Shown: in pieces, positions 1-11,887 of the stretch | Numbering within the stretch: the stretch's first letter is position 1 | How the letters are laid out: each line of letters begins with the position of its first letter | Assembly: GCA_010909165.1 (NCBI GenBank) | Contig: MU008160.1 | Span: forward strand, 496,001 to 560,000 | Reading direction: 5' to 3' | DNA from: Anthoceros angustus | Lineage: Eukaryota > Plantae > Anthocerotophyta | Length of the DNA: 64,000 nucleotides | The notes under the pieces: model-generated | The model's database searches: none | What the model saw: only the letters and a program-made list of their open reading frames with translations | What the model was told of the DNA's origin: nothing | Program-made: the position numbers and the translations under genes

Positions 1-3000
1 GCTCTTGCGAATCTGTTACCTTCGGATGATTCAGTGGATGAGCTGGACAGTTACATGTATCAAACGGTGAGCTGTGAGTTGAGAAGTTGAATTGAGGAAG
101 CAGAGATCGAGAAAGAGCTGTCTGCAGTAGAATTGATGGACCAGATGTCTATGGCGTTGATTGTAGGTGGGTCATCAAATCGTGGTGGCCTATGCGCAAT
201 GCATGGGCTTACCTTTGTTTCGAAGGCGTATCACGGGGAAAGCGAGGTGTGTAATTTGTCTTGAAGCTTTGCTTTGGCTCCACAAGATTTGTGGAACTGC
301 GATTCGTGGAAATGGGGTTCTGGAGGAGAATTGTTTTCTTCATGAGCACGGGCAAGTGATTCTTTCTCCTGCAGAGTTCTAGACTTGAAATACAAAGAGA
401 CTGAAGGGGATGAAGTTGAAGATTTGGAAATACTTCTGCGCACAGTGAAGGCACATTTTCCCACTATCACTGGGGTCTCGTCTGGTGCCATTGCTTCTGA
501 TTACCAGAGGCTAAGGGTGGAGAGTGTCTGTTCAAGGTTAGGACTTGTCTCCTTGGCATTTCTGTGGAAACAAGATCAAGCTTTGCTACTTCAGCAAATG
601 GTGACTCCTTGTCTTTTGTTTGGAACTCTCTTTGTCCTTCACTTCTTTCATATGACCATCAACACGGGCATTTTTTCACTAGGCATCGTAGGATATGTAG
701 TCGCAAATTTCAGTCTTTGTCAACGTAGCCAGCTATGTTTTTCAGTGTAATGGCTGTGCTTAAACGTTTCTGCTTTGCTGCGCTGGCGATGGACTGCTAA
801 AAAGATTGAGAGTGGAATTCACGCGATACTGGTGAAGGTTGGATTTCTGGCCTTGCTGTCGGAGCTGATTCTGATGGCTGAGCCTGCCTTTCCTGTGCTC
901 ATGTCTCTCTGTTCGCTTGTTTTCCAGGTGGCAGCCCTGGGCTTGGAGCCTAAAAAACATCTAGGCAAGGACCTCAAAGAACTGCAGCCACATCTCACTG
1001 ATCTCAGCGAGTATGTTCTGTTTGTTGCAGCTCCATTGTTTGTTTCATCCAGTTGACTAGGAATCAAGCCAGCCTAGATTCTGCCGATGGATTTGGATCA
1101 GTTTTCTTCATGCAGAAAATATGGCTGCAATGTGTGCGGTGAGGGTGGCGAATACGAGAGTCTTACCCTTGACTGTTCTCTTTTCAAGGTATAATTCCAT
1201 CCCCAGGCACGGAGGAAATGCTATGCAAACAACCTACAGTTGTCTTGCTGGATGTTTGAACATGGCAGCAAGCACTGAGGTTTCATTTTGCTGCAGAACG
1301 CAAGAATTGTTCTTGAAGAGTATGAGATAGTTCTCCTCTCTCCGGACAACATTGCACCAGTCGGAATTCTTCATCCCAAGAAGTATCGACTGGAGCAAAA
1401 AGGGAACAAATCCATGCAACTTAAAGATTATGCAAGTATAGAATCTGGGTCCATGACATGGGTTTTGGAAGTGGGTGACAACATCAACAGGCTTTACGTG
1501 GAAGAGGAGGAGGTTGAAGAGGCAGATGGGGCCACAGACGTGGCTTGTGCGGATGGTGCAGACAATGTTGAAGGGGTGTCATATCTCTCGGTCATTAAGC
1601 AGCAACATGGATTTTTCACCGTAAACTGTTGGAGACAACCGGGCAATCAATCCTCTGGTTAGAATCTTCCCCCTTCATGTGGAATGAATCAGCTATATTC
1701 GGCATCAACCAAAACCCAACTGAATAGTTGATTTTGAGCTGCTCCTAGTCCGCGTCATTGCCATTGCCATTGGTCAAGAATCGTCGGTGTTTAGTGTAAG
1801 CTGTATCGTGCAGCTGAATGAAGCTGGAGGTGCTTTTACAGGTGTGGCAGATGAACTGGCGATGGTTTTGAAAGCGATAGAGGAAGAGCTGAAGAAAGAG
1901 GAAATGGGATGGGCTAATGTCCTCTTTGTACATCTATATCTCGACAGCATGCTGCACTTCTCCCAAGCAAACGACGTGTACATGCAGCATATAACAGAGA
2001 AGGAATGTGAAAAAGGTGTGCCATCGAGGTGTACTGTCGAAGTTCCTCTTGTTGCCAACAATATGGGTCTAGCTCTGGTGGAAGTCATTGCATCCAAAAA
2101 TGAGTGGAAGCAAGTCTTGCATGTGCAGAGTATCTCGTGCTGGGCACCTAGCTGCATTGGCCCTTACAGCCAGGTTAGAATGCGTGCTTTGCCTGGCCAC
2201 ATACTTCTGTCCCTAGGAAGCTCACAGCCATTCATGACATTGACGCAGAGGTTCATTCGTCGATGCAGGGAACACATCATTCTAGCTTCGTGTACGTTGC
2301 TGGCCAGCTCGGACTTGATCCCCCAACCATGGCACTAGTGACTGGAGGTGCCGGGACTGAAGCCTGGCAGTCTCTTTTGAACTGCGAGGCTGTGGCAGGT
2401 GCATTCGGTGTAAGCCTCGTTGAATCTGTGGCAAGCTTCACAGTGTACTGCTCAGGTGTAGCAGGGAAATCTGAGAGACGGGACATTAGAACCAAGCTGG
2501 AATCATACTTGGCCCCGTCATCTTCATCTGGTGAAGAAAGTGTGACGGATTCGCATCTCTCAGATTCCAGGAGACTGGTGCTGTATGTCGTTGTTCCTGC
2601 ATTACCAAAAGGGTAGGGCCTCCTTTCCCGGACCCTGGCCATTTCTTGCATGCATGTTCTGTTCGTCCGACACTCACCTGCAGGTGCTTCCCTGGTATGC
2701 AGAGCCCGCGTGGAGGTGGAACCTCTACTATACCTGTCTCCATCTTCGGACCATCATACCCCTAGTCTGTACGGTTACAGCAGCTACCTGCTTTACTTCA
2801 CCCTGGTGGATGGGTGTGTGACAACTACATCTCATGACCACCATGGAGTCGAAGCAATCAGCAGCCTCTCAAGATCCACAATTTGGAACGAGCATATCCT
2901 GCCACCAGACCAGCATCACCCGGAGGACCCATCTCCCCGTTACTTCGCCTCCGCTGCTGTGCAAAGCGTGTGCTCCCCTGGGAGCTTCTGTCGAGCAATC

Positions 3001-3400
3001 CTATCAGTGAGGCGCAAAAGAGATACTGAGAAGCTCCAGACGCTCCAACCTGTGCTTTACTCCTGTCTGGCATCTCTGTCCTCTACTTTGCTAAGGACCC
3101 AGCTGTCTTGGGAGGATGTTCTGGTAAGCCATCGATCCATCATGCATGATCCTCCAGAAAGTCTGCGTATGTCCTTTCCCCTGACTCCCCCTCCTCTGCT
3201 TGCAGGTCCTCCGAATCTATTCATCCACATCACAGCTCGCCGTGGACCATCTCCGCACATCCTTGCGCACTTTTCCGTCTGCCACGACTCAACACCTGTC
3301 AGCGGTTTCTCAGGCCACCCTGGTTCCTGTCAGTGGGATCGGAATGTCTGCCTCGGCACAGGACATGTTTGCCATCGAACTCCTCGCCTCTAGACAATAG
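1..3400 (+). CDS. DPH6: Diphthine--ammonia ligase with C-terminal RidA/YjgF-like domains; 5' end lies outside the window; about 10 exons
   Basis: Manual splicing at GT-AG introns (exons ~1-66, 167-246, 375-600, 805-837, 928-1010, 1116-1188, 1297-1657, 1842-2173, 2269-2612, 2703-3123, 3206-3400) gives ALANLLP..DELDSYMYQTVGH, GDEVEDL, SSGAIASDYQRLRVESVCSRLGL and NVCGEGGEYESLTLDC. RidA-like motifs follow: LHVQSISCWAPSCIGPYSQ and VAGQLGLDPPTM. Stop TAG at 3398-3400. Confidence 0.95.
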
Positions 3401-4162
3401 CACATACATACATGCCCTGGGATTGGAATGTGGCACTGTTGTAAATCACAGTTCACTCAAACCCGCATTCATCACTACTAAGACCGTCCTCCACAAGAAA
3501 CGTCCTTGTCTCTACTCATCGCCTAAATCTCGTCAGCAAATGAACGCGCCCGCTCAACGTATCGGTCGAGTGGAGCGCCTGATGTGCTGCTTCCGGCGTT
3601 TGCCTATGTCCTCTTCCTTGTTAACCCCTAGTGGACGGAGGGGTTTTCCCCCTTTTTTCTCCATCGTTAAATTATAAAAAATATGGGAGGGGCTTGACAA
3701 CTTTCCTGTTTCTTTTTTTGAACTCCACTACAATTACGAGCACTATGAAACACATCTAAGCGTATGGGCTCATGTGGATCGCTGAATTTGGCACCAGAAG
3801 GCTCCAGGCTCCGGAATCTGCGAGCTTCTCCCGTCAAGCTTCGTACTCGTACAAGCCCTCCGAACTGAACCACTTACAATGCCAATTAGGTTTAAAATGC
3901 TCGCAGGCACTCCCGCGCATTACGAACAGGAACGCGGGATGAATGAACATGGACGGTGAAAAGAGAGCCACTTGCCGGAGGGTTGGTCGCCGGGAAGGGA
4001 GAAAGGAGGCCGGCAGTATGGTGCATCGGTTTATTTGCTGATGAGGTTTGGGCGACGGGGTTAGGCCGTGTCACATGGAATGTTGTGATTGCAGGGTTCC
4101 AAGGGCACCTTCACGCAATCTAGGTCTCACGCCATTAGGTCTCGATCGAAGCCCAGGATGCC

Positions 4163-4405
4163 CTTGCACCATGGTCTGCCTAAGCTATTTGTACCAAGGG
4201 CCACCCTCACCCCATCTACTACGTACGTAAGCTACTTGCACCAAGGAGGCACCTAGATACCATGGTGCGACTAAGCTACTTGCACCAAGAGCACGCTCTC
4301 TAACACAGACGTAATACATCCTGCGCTTAGATCGATACTTAGATGGGGTGCCTAAAGAGAGTGGATGCCCTTGGTGCAAGTAGCTTAGGCACACCATGGT
4401 ACAAG
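4163..4405. repeat. Imperfect inverted repeat / MITE-like foldback
   Basis: 4163-4218 (cttgcaccatggtctgcctaagctatttgtaccaaggg...caccccatcta) is nearly the reverse complement of 4340-4405. Internal direct copies of taagctacttgcaccaag at ~4228 and ~4272. Confidence 0.6.
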
Positions 4406-4984
4406 TTGCTAAGTTCCAGTCCCATGATGGAAATCCGTCCTTAGTGGACTTCAATAAAATTCTTCGTCTTCTTCCTCTTATGCTCTTATGGGTACTTAGA
4501 CGGAGCTGGTTAAAGGGAGTGGATACACAAGAAACTTTGAACACACCACGGTACAAGTTGTTAAGTACATACCAAGTCCCATGACGGAAATTCCGTTCAA
4601 ATGAAGTATAATATAATTCTTCTTTTCTTCTTCTTGGATGTGCCGTTGGATGTTGCCTCCACCAGGCCTCTTCTTGGTTTGCAACAGCACACCCAACAAG
4701 ACCCAGTCCGAATTCCAACTGCGCAATTTTATGACATTCGTCCCAGCCCAAAACAGAAAAAACTTCTAGACTTTGACCTTCCTAGGATTCCCTCTCGTTC
4801 CAATTGCCAAGATTCCTATCGATTCCCTCTATTTCGGATTGCCAAGAGGCGAAATTCCCAGACGAGAGAAGGTGGTAATCGAGTTGCAACAATTTGCTGC
4901 TTTCTTCACACCACACAAGTGTATCCTACTTGTAGAACCTAAAATTACAGCTTCGTCCAGGAATTGAATCCTTCTCTCCAAGAT

Positions 4985-6886
4985 TTAAGACTGTCCGAGC
5001 ACGCCATCCTTGATGTCCTGCAGAATGCGCTTGACAGTGACATCCACGCCCATGAGCACCAACGGAACGCCGTTCCCAGGCCTGGTGGAGGCTCCTGCAA
5101 AATAAAGCCCCTGGATGGCGGCATCAGCCACATCGGGGCGGAAGAATGCGAGCTGGAAAAACCCGTGCGCCAGGCCAAAGGCGGCCCCGTTCTGCAGATT
5201 GTAGGTGCTTTCCCACTGCGGTGGAGAGTAAACAAGTTCCTTCAAAATCCGGTCCTTGAGATCCCCGACACCGGCTTTGGCAAGGGTATCCAGCACCGCA
5301 GCCCGCGTGGCCGCCACCATAGCCGCGTCCTTGCTCAGGTCTCCGTCGTATCCCTGCCCGAGGTGCGCCACCGGCACCAGCACGGTGATGGCGTCCCCGT
5401 CCTCGGGGGCGGCGCTGGGATCGGTCCTGGCCGGAGCATGCACATAGAAATTCGGATGCTGCAGGAGTGTGCCGGGGTCCTTGGCCCGCTCCCAGCTCCG
5501 CTGAAACGCGTCCGACAGAAAGACGTTGTGGTGCGTCAGCCCCTCCAGCCTCCCGGACACGGCCCAGTTGAAGGAGATGATCCCCGCGCTGTAGTCCCAG
5601 CCTGCCAGCTTCCTCCCGCGGCTGGTCCCGGGCTCAGGCTGGCCGCCATCGCCGGGCTGCCCTGAGCTCGAGTCCGACAGGAGCTTGTTGTAGACGTAGG
5701 GCAAGTCTGCGTTGGCGACCACGATGTCGGCAGGGAGGAAGGTGCCGTCTTGGAGCGTGACGCCCGTCACTCTGCCCCCCGCCTGCTCGATGGCGCGCAC
5801 CGGCGCCCCGGTGCGGATGCGCGCCCCCCGCTCCTCCGCCACCTGCAGCAGCGCATCCCGGATGGCCACAAATCCGCCCGGCGGATACCACACCCCGTTC
5901 ACCAGCTCCGTGGCCGCCAGCAGGCTGAAGACACCCGGCGCGTTGTAAGGACTGAGCCCGACGTACAGGTCCTGGAAGGTGAAGAGCGCGCGCAGCTTGG
6001 GGCTGGAGAAGAAGCCGGCCAGGATGCTGTCGTGCCGACCGAGAAGCTCCAGCGGAGAAAGATGCTGCAACACCGGCAGCATCTGCAGCATGTTGGATCC
6101 GTACTGCAGCAGGTTGCGGGAGTCGCGCTTGATGATGGCGTCCACCGAGTTGTCCAAGATGGCCTTGCTCTTGGCCAGGAAGCGGAGGAAGGCCGCGCCA
6201 GCTCCCCGCTCCACCCTCTCCACCTGCTCACACATGGCCTGCACGTCGTAGAGCAGATCCAGGCTCCGGCAGTCGGGAGTGGGATCTTCCCCCGATCCTT
6301 CCTCCCGGCCGAAGAAGACGCGGTACGCCGCAGGCTCCACCTTCTTCAGCTCCACATACGAGCTCAGGTCCGCTCCCACGGCCGTGAACGCGTCCCTGTA
6401 CACCTGCGGGAAGAGCAGCAGGCTCGGCCCCGTGTCGAATCTGTAGCGCTTTCCATCCGCGTCCAGCTCCACGCTCTGAAGCCTGCCTCCGATCTCCGCG
6501 TTCTTCTCCAACACCTGCACATCGAATCCCTCGTTCGCCAGCCTCCCCGCCACGGCCAAGCCTCCTACTCCAGCTCCCACGACAATCACCTTGAGTTTCC
6601 CGGCGCCAGGGCTTCCCCCGCCATTCCCTCCCTCCTCGGCCTTGGCCGGGGAGCTGGCCGCCTCCAGCACGGGAGAGGAAACCGCTGCTGCTGCATTGGC
6701 AGAAACCTGCACCACACTACCCCCGTTCCTGGAAGAGGAAACAGCAAGCCCCGTGAAGAGCTTCAAGCTCCGGCTATGGCGGTGGAGACACCGCGCATTC
6801 TCCGCACGCAGCAGCCCGGAATTGAACCCGGTTGCAAGCGTAGTGGCCTGCCCCGCCGGCCGCTGCAGCATACCCTGCATCTCCAT
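4985..6886 (-). CDS. crtI: CrtI-family (bacterial/fungal-type) phytoene desaturase with putative plastid transit peptide; single exon, 633 aa
   Basis: FAD-binding VIVVGAGVGGL, then FDTGPSLL, FTFQDLYVGLSPYNAPGVFSLL, GVWYPPGG, FYVHAPARTDPSAAP, NLQNGAAFGLAH and the C-terminal LYFAGASTRPGNGVP. The ~95-aa N-terminal extension is S/A/R-rich. Confidence 0.88.
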   Translation of the reverse strand: MEMQGMLQRPAGQATTLATGFNSGLLRAENARCLHRHSRSLKLFTGLAVSSSRNGGSVVQVSANAAAAVSSPVLEAASSPAKAEEGGNGGGSPGAGKLKVIVVGAGVGGLAVAGRLANEGFDVQVLEKNAEIGGRLQSVELDADGKRYRFDTGPSLLLFPQVYRDAFTAVGADLSSYVELKKVEPAAYRVFFGREEGSGEDPTPDCRSLDLLYDVQAMCEQVERVERGAGAAFLRFLAKSKAILDNSVDAIIKRDSRNLLQYGSNMLQMLPVLQHLSPLELLGRHDSILAGFFSSPKLRALFTFQDLYVGLSPYNAPGVFSLLAATELVNGVWYPPGGFVAIRDALLQVAEERGARIRTGAPVRAIEQAGGRVTGVTLQDGTFLPADIVVANADLPYVYNKLLSDSSSGQPGDGGQPEPGTSRGRKLAGWDYSAGIISFNWAVSGRLEGLTHHNVFLSDAFQRSWERAKDPGTLLQHPNFYVHAPARTDPSAAPEDGDAITVLVPVAHLGQGYDGDLSKDAAMVAATRAAVLDTLAKAGVGDLKDRILKELVYSPPQWESTYNLQNGAAFGLAHGFFQLAFFRPDVADAAIQGLYFAGASTRPGNGVPLVLMGVDVTVKRILQDIKDGVLGQS

Positions 6887-7082
6887 AATGCAAGCTCACT
6901 TCTGCAAGCAGAAGACCGCCATTTCACCACGTCGGCCGCCGACGAGCATCCGCCATAGCCGCAGATTCCGAGCTCCAACCTGCGCTCCTGTTTGTTGTCC
7001 AGGCGATGAGATGGAGATGCCGCAACCACACGCGAGGACGATCCCGTTTGTCTCGTTTCCGTTTAAGATGCTGTTAGGGCAT

Positions 7083-7126
7083 TAACCCGGGTTAGTACCT
7101 TAACCCGGGGTTAAGCCTGGGGCCCA
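7083..7126. promoter_or_regulatory. Palindromic motifs in the short divergent promoter between crtI and the phosphatase
   Basis: TAACCCGGGTTA (7083-7094, perfect palindrome), CTTAACCCGGGGTTAAG (7099-7115) and a site-II-like GGCCCA, all within the ~320 bp between head-to-head start codons. Confidence 0.4.
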
Positions 7127-7209
7127 ACGCAGGCTCGAGCCAAGAAGGAAGCAAGGAAGGAAGACCGACATGGTGGCAGGAGATCGCGCATTCTGCAGCT
7201 GGAGAAAGG

Positions 7210-8115
7210 ATGGGGATCACAACAGTGATCCTGGTTCCGACTGTGGCGGTGTTTGGAGGATTCATGGCGGTGAAGGATTCCCTGCCCACCGTTCTGCGCT
7301 ACATCCTTTTGCATGCTTCGTTGGTAGGGTTGACAGCTGCCGCGTCCTCGCATCCCGCCATCAACTTCACCTTCCTATTCGGCAAGAATCCTGAGGGCGC
7401 ATTCCCGGTGTGGTCGCATCTGCTCTTCTATCCATATCTGTATCCGCTCCGGGCGTATGTGAGGTTGCGGCGGATCAAGAACCAGGAAGCCGTCTTCACG
7501 GAGGTGGCTGATGGCCTGTACGTCGGAGGCTGGCCCTGCGACGCGTCCCAGCTGCCTCCAGGCAACCCCGCCGTGGTGGACTGCACCTGCGAGCTTCCCA
7601 GGCCCGCCTTCTCCACCCGCGGGCCTTACCTGAACATCCGGGTGTGGGATTCCCGGGGTCCCCGCCCGGACGAGATCGAGCTCTGCGTGCGATGGTGTCT
7701 GCATAAGCGCCGCCTCAATCATTCCATCTTCATACACTGCGCGTTTGGTAGGTTCTTGTTTTCTACTTCTCTTGCTGTCTCTTGATTTTCTTGATTCTTC
7801 AAGATCTAGCGCCTCGGGTGTTGTCCTGATGCTTATCGATGCTACTAACTCACAAACTGTGCAGGTCATGGAAGGAGCGTGACGATGATGTGCGCTCTTC
7901 TAGTAGCTTCAGGACTTGTTGAGACATGGCAGGCAGGGGAGCGGTGGATCAAGGAATTCCGGCCCTCCATCCGCTTGAACCGAGGCCAGATTGAAAGCTT
8001 GCGGCAATGGACTAAGTTCAGAGAAGCCAAGTCCAAGCCGCCAGGCTCACCCAGCCTCAAGCCTCTCAAGATGCGCACAGATTCCCTCTCCGCTCTGCAA
8101 GCGTATGATTTTTGA
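7210..8115 (+). CDS. Dual-specificity / PTP-like phosphatase (YnbD-like) with hydrophobic N-terminus; 2 exons (7210-7747, 7865-8115)
   Basis: Splicing out 7748-7864 (GT..AG) reconstitutes the catalytic HCAFGHGRS (CX5R). Also GLYVGGWP and VVDCTCELPR. Confidence 0.85.
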
Positions 8116-8184
8116 TGCACAATTCCACTCCGTTCCCAAACCTAAAATTTTCATTCCTCTCTTTTCCTCCATGTGACTCATGTC

Positions 8185-9405
8185 CTACTCGTCGAATCTC
8201 TTCCATTTCCGGAACTCCTTCAAGTGGCTCACAGCAAGCCCGATTCCACACTCGAACTTCCCGTCTCCTTCCTGCTTCTTCCCTACGCCCAAGTAGTACA
8301 TGTACAAGCTCCCATCCTCTCGCCTCACGACATAGGGAGTCCCGACTATCACATTATCCCACACTTCCTCCCCCTTCCTAGCTCTCAGCACCGGCCCTCC
8401 GGGCTCCGGCCCTGCTTCCAGATCCTTCTCCCACACCACCCCGTCCTTGGACGTAGCCAGCCCCACTGCGAAATCGAACGCGTAGTTCGATCCTTCATAG
8501 AACATGACAAAGCCGTCCTCCACCTTCAGCACATGCCGCACCGACACCCCGCCTTCATCCCAGCTACCGGGCTCCCCCGCCGAGAGTATCCTTCCCCGTT
8601 TCTCCCACTTCCTGCCGTCCGGCGATGTCGCCAGCCCGGCCGAGAAGAACCCGACCCCCTTGGGCCCTCCAAGCTCCCGGCTATGGTACGTCATGAGCCA
8701 GTCCTCCCCGGGGCCGGCGGGGGGCAGCACCCGGGGCCAGGACACCCCGTTCTGGTCCCATTCCCCAGCCGCCCCGAGCTCCAGCACCGGCCTCTGCTCA
8801 TGCTCCCGGTCCCATCGCAGCCCGTCCCGGGACAGGGCCAGGCCCGGGCGGAGCTTCACGCCCCGCGCGGGCTTGGGGAGGAAGGGGATGGCAACCTCCT
8901 CCATCCCGCCCCCGAAGTAGAACATGAGCCAGGCGTCCGCGCCCGGATCCCTCACCACATCGCTCACCCCGACATGGACGCTGTCGAAGGCGGCCGGGTC
9001 GGAGGCCGGATCCAGCACGGCCCCCTCCGGCAGCGGGCCGCGGAAGCGCTCGAACGCGGTTCCGTTGGCGCTCACCGCCAGCCCGACCCTGCCTGTGGGG
9101 AGCGACGCGTTGAAGGGCTCCACGCCCTGGTTCCATTGTGGCCCCCCGCGCCCGTAGTAGTACATGCGGAAGCCATGGCCGGGAGCTTGCTCCACCACCA
9201 CGGCTCCGGAGAACATGAGCTTGTCCCACCAGTCGGAGCCTGGATCTGCTGGACCCAGCACCCGCCCCGATGGCCACGCCTCCGGATCGGCCATGGCAAG
9301 AGCAAACGGCGATCGGCAAACCTGCTTCCTTGAATTCCTCCGACCTAGCCTCAGCGGAAGGCTGTTAGAGAGGGGCACGATGGACCCGTAGGCGAAGGCG
9401 GCCAT
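8185..9405 (-). CDS. Five-bladed beta-propeller glycoside hydrolase-like protein (arabinanase/levansucrase/invertase, GH32/43-like) with probable transit peptide; single exon, 406 aa
   Basis: Repeated blades (MYYYG..GLAVSANG, WLMFYFGG..GLALSRDGLRW, GLATSPDGRKW, MFYEG..GLATSKDGVVW, MYYLG..GIGLAVS) and FDSVHVGVSDV. Confidence 0.8.
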   Translation of the reverse strand: MAAFAYGSIVPLSNSLPLRLGRRNSRKQVCRSPFALAMADPEAWPSGRVLGPADPGSDWWDKLMFSGAVVVEQAPGHGFRMYYYGRGGPQWNQGVEPFNASLPTGRVGLAVSANGTAFERFRGPLPEGAVLDPASDPAAFDSVHVGVSDVVRDPGADAWLMFYFGGGMEEVAIPFLPKPARGVKLRPGLALSRDGLRWDREHEQRPVLELGAAGEWDQNGVSWPRVLPPAGPGEDWLMTYHSRELGGPKGVGFFSAGLATSPDGRKWEKRGRILSAGEPGSWDEGGVSVRHVLKVEDGFVMFYEGSNYAFDFAVGLATSKDGVVWEKDLEAGPEPGGPVLRARKGEEVWDNVIVGTPYVVRREDGSLYMYYLGVGKKQEGDGKFECGIGLAVSHLKEFRKWKRFDE

Positions 9406-10072
9406 GGATTTTTCATCCGCCGAAGAGTAGAGATTGCACGTTTCTTGAGGAGGATGATCTTACAAATAAGTACATAATGCGGGAGTGAGTGAAATACATT
9501 GTTTTACAGCAGTGCCAAACAATCCCAGTCCCAGGGCTGTGTCTAGACAGGCCCTCCTCAGGGCCGTGCTGCCTACTACGATGCGCTAAGTAGACGTTGG
9601 AAAGCCAGAGCTGAGATGAATCCACATGAAGCGTCCTGACGCTACCGGACATCTTTAAGCTCCTCCGGAGCACGGACAAGCAGCAAAATTTGTAAGTGGA
9701 GAAGCTTCCCCTCCCCTCATCACGGAATTGTCACTGTAATCCAGCCTGAAGACAATTGGCCTTGCTGCACTGAGGATGCCAGATACGAAAAACCGGGGCA
9801 ACAGCATCAGTTGCCACTGCCGAATATCGTTAATAATCTCCGTTTTCCTTTACATTTTAGTACTACAATCCATCCGAATTTCTATCAAACCGGTCAAATG
9901 GCGGGCCGGATAGCCCTTTACCACTTGGACACTCTGCATGTCCAGTAGGGTGATACAAAGCGGGCCGGATGGCCCTTGCCCACCTGAACACTTCGCAAGT
10001 CCAGGAGCGTGATCAGATGGTGAAACATTGACAGCTCGTAAATACCTGATCAAAATTGCACACTGAAAGAAT

Positions 10073-11026
10073 CTACTCCAACGCAGGGGCTGAGCCACCA
10101 AAACCACCGCCGCCTCGTCCAAAGCCGCCTCTTCCACCCTGACGCAACACACCAATCTTTGTTACCAAATGACAAGACAAAAGAGCAGCAGTTAACCAGA
10201 AATTGCTGAAGCACTCTGAGCACATACCCCGCGGAATTCCGGGCGGTATTCCCCTGGAGCTCCACCTTTGTCAAACCCTCCAGGTCCCCGAGGAGGGCCC
10301 CTGCGGTAGCCTTCCCTCTCACCATCACCAAACCGCGGTGGGCCCCTGCGACAGGCATCGGACAGGAGCTCATGTGAGCAACCACAGATGGAAATCGAAG
10401 GCAAACAACATAGGAAAACATTAGGGCAACAAACCTCGGTCTATCACCACCGCCAGGAGGTCCCATGGGCCGGCTTGGCGGACGAGCAGACTTCTTCAAG
10501 GTGGCAGGGACGATCTCGGATGGCAAGTTCAGGTAAGTCCGCAGGTACTCAATTCCATCGTTTGTCAAGTACCAGTAGTAATGCCTCCACGCAAAAGACT
10601 CCTTCACGTACTCCTTCGATTTGAAGCTCTGCATCAACTTGATGACCTGCAGCACAAAATCAATCGTCGCGTAAAGCCGCAAGCGTGTGAAAGGTTTCGA
10701 TTCAACTATCAGCACATCGGACTGCAAAAATACCTGCAGATTCGGGACTTCTATCTCCGGATGCTTGGGAGCGTTGAAGTCCTTCTTAGCATATAGAACA
10801 CCCTCTGGACACGGCCACCGAAGCAAATCAGCAACAACATCACCTTGAACACACAGATGGCTCTCCCTACTACACAAAACAGTGCGCCAAGCTAATGAAC
10901 CTTTGAAGAGGTACTTGTACACCTCCACTCGGTTCTTCTTCGGAATCAGCTGCAGCCGAAGAAAAACGTCAGTCGACACGAAAACTAAAAACTCCCAATC
11001 CACAAGCAGAAATCTGCACTCACCAT
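10073..11026 (-). CDS. RPS10: 40S ribosomal protein S10 (eS10), multi-exon; first coding exon is ATG alone
   Basis: M|[16 protein letters not shown]|[24 protein letters not shown]|[52 protein letters not shown], then an RGG-rich tail ending at TAG 10075-10073. Confidence 0.97.
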
Positions 11027-11887
11027 CTTGACAAGCTTCTGCGCGCAGCTGCAAGCGGGGCAACAATCAAACACCAAAACAACGAAGCGCAGGCGACCGC
11101 AGCGACGCCTCCGAAATGAAGACACCAAGCTTAGGGCTTGCAAGGGGTATTCATTCACACTGGTGCCCTAATAAGGCTGTGTCCTTAAAACGACTTTAGA
11201 ATAATAGAATTAGCTTCTACCTACCTTGGTAAGTACTTACATATCTAGACCCCAAAAAAAAAACAAAAGACACGGAAACTCGATATAAAAAAGAGATGCA
11301 ACCCACTATAAAAATACTTACATATCTAGGAAAAAAAAGACACGGAGACTTAATATAAAAAAAACAGATGGAAACCAGGCTCTTTTACTAACTTCAAAAC
11401 CAAGGCCTATACTCAAATTTGGCCCAAACTCGGTTTACTATGGCATACCAAAGAGGACAGAGGGGATGGGACATTTTTTTTTTCGCGAAACCCATGCAAG
11501 CCGTGGGGATCTTGAGGAATATGCCGTAGATTCCAGTACGGTATCTTTTTACAAAGACATGGTCATGGCGCTTTGGCGCCCTAACCAACAATGACCAAGC
11601 ACCAAAGGGACACACACGCTCTCCTCGAAAGGGTGTAGGGTTCAAAATGTTTTTGTCCTTGTAACTTTCAAAACAAAGAGCCGTGACACATTGTTTTCAG
11701 CCTTCCACCCTACCTTCTGCCATAAAGTTTTCTTCCATGGCCCGTCATGGACGGCAAACCCTAACACGCCTCCCGCGCCGACCACACCAGTGTGGTTGCC
11801 GAACCCTACCTCAGTCGCGGCCATGGTATGCGAATGCAATGATGGCTGCGGCACCCGGCGCGGCCATCTTGTTTTTCATTCGAGCAG

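Noticed and set aside
1749-3400. DPH6-RidA fusion as a novelty
   Set aside because: This is the normal architecture of plant and fungal DPH6.
5750-9333. Antisense ORFs of 402 aa (5750-6958) and 386 aa (8173-9333)
   Set aside because: Shadow ORFs caused by high third-position GC in crtI and the beta-propeller gene. No recognisable motifs.
10050-11066. 338-aa RPS10 ORF as an extended protein
   Set aside because: Read-through of introns that happen to lack stops. The spliced model gives a normal eS10.
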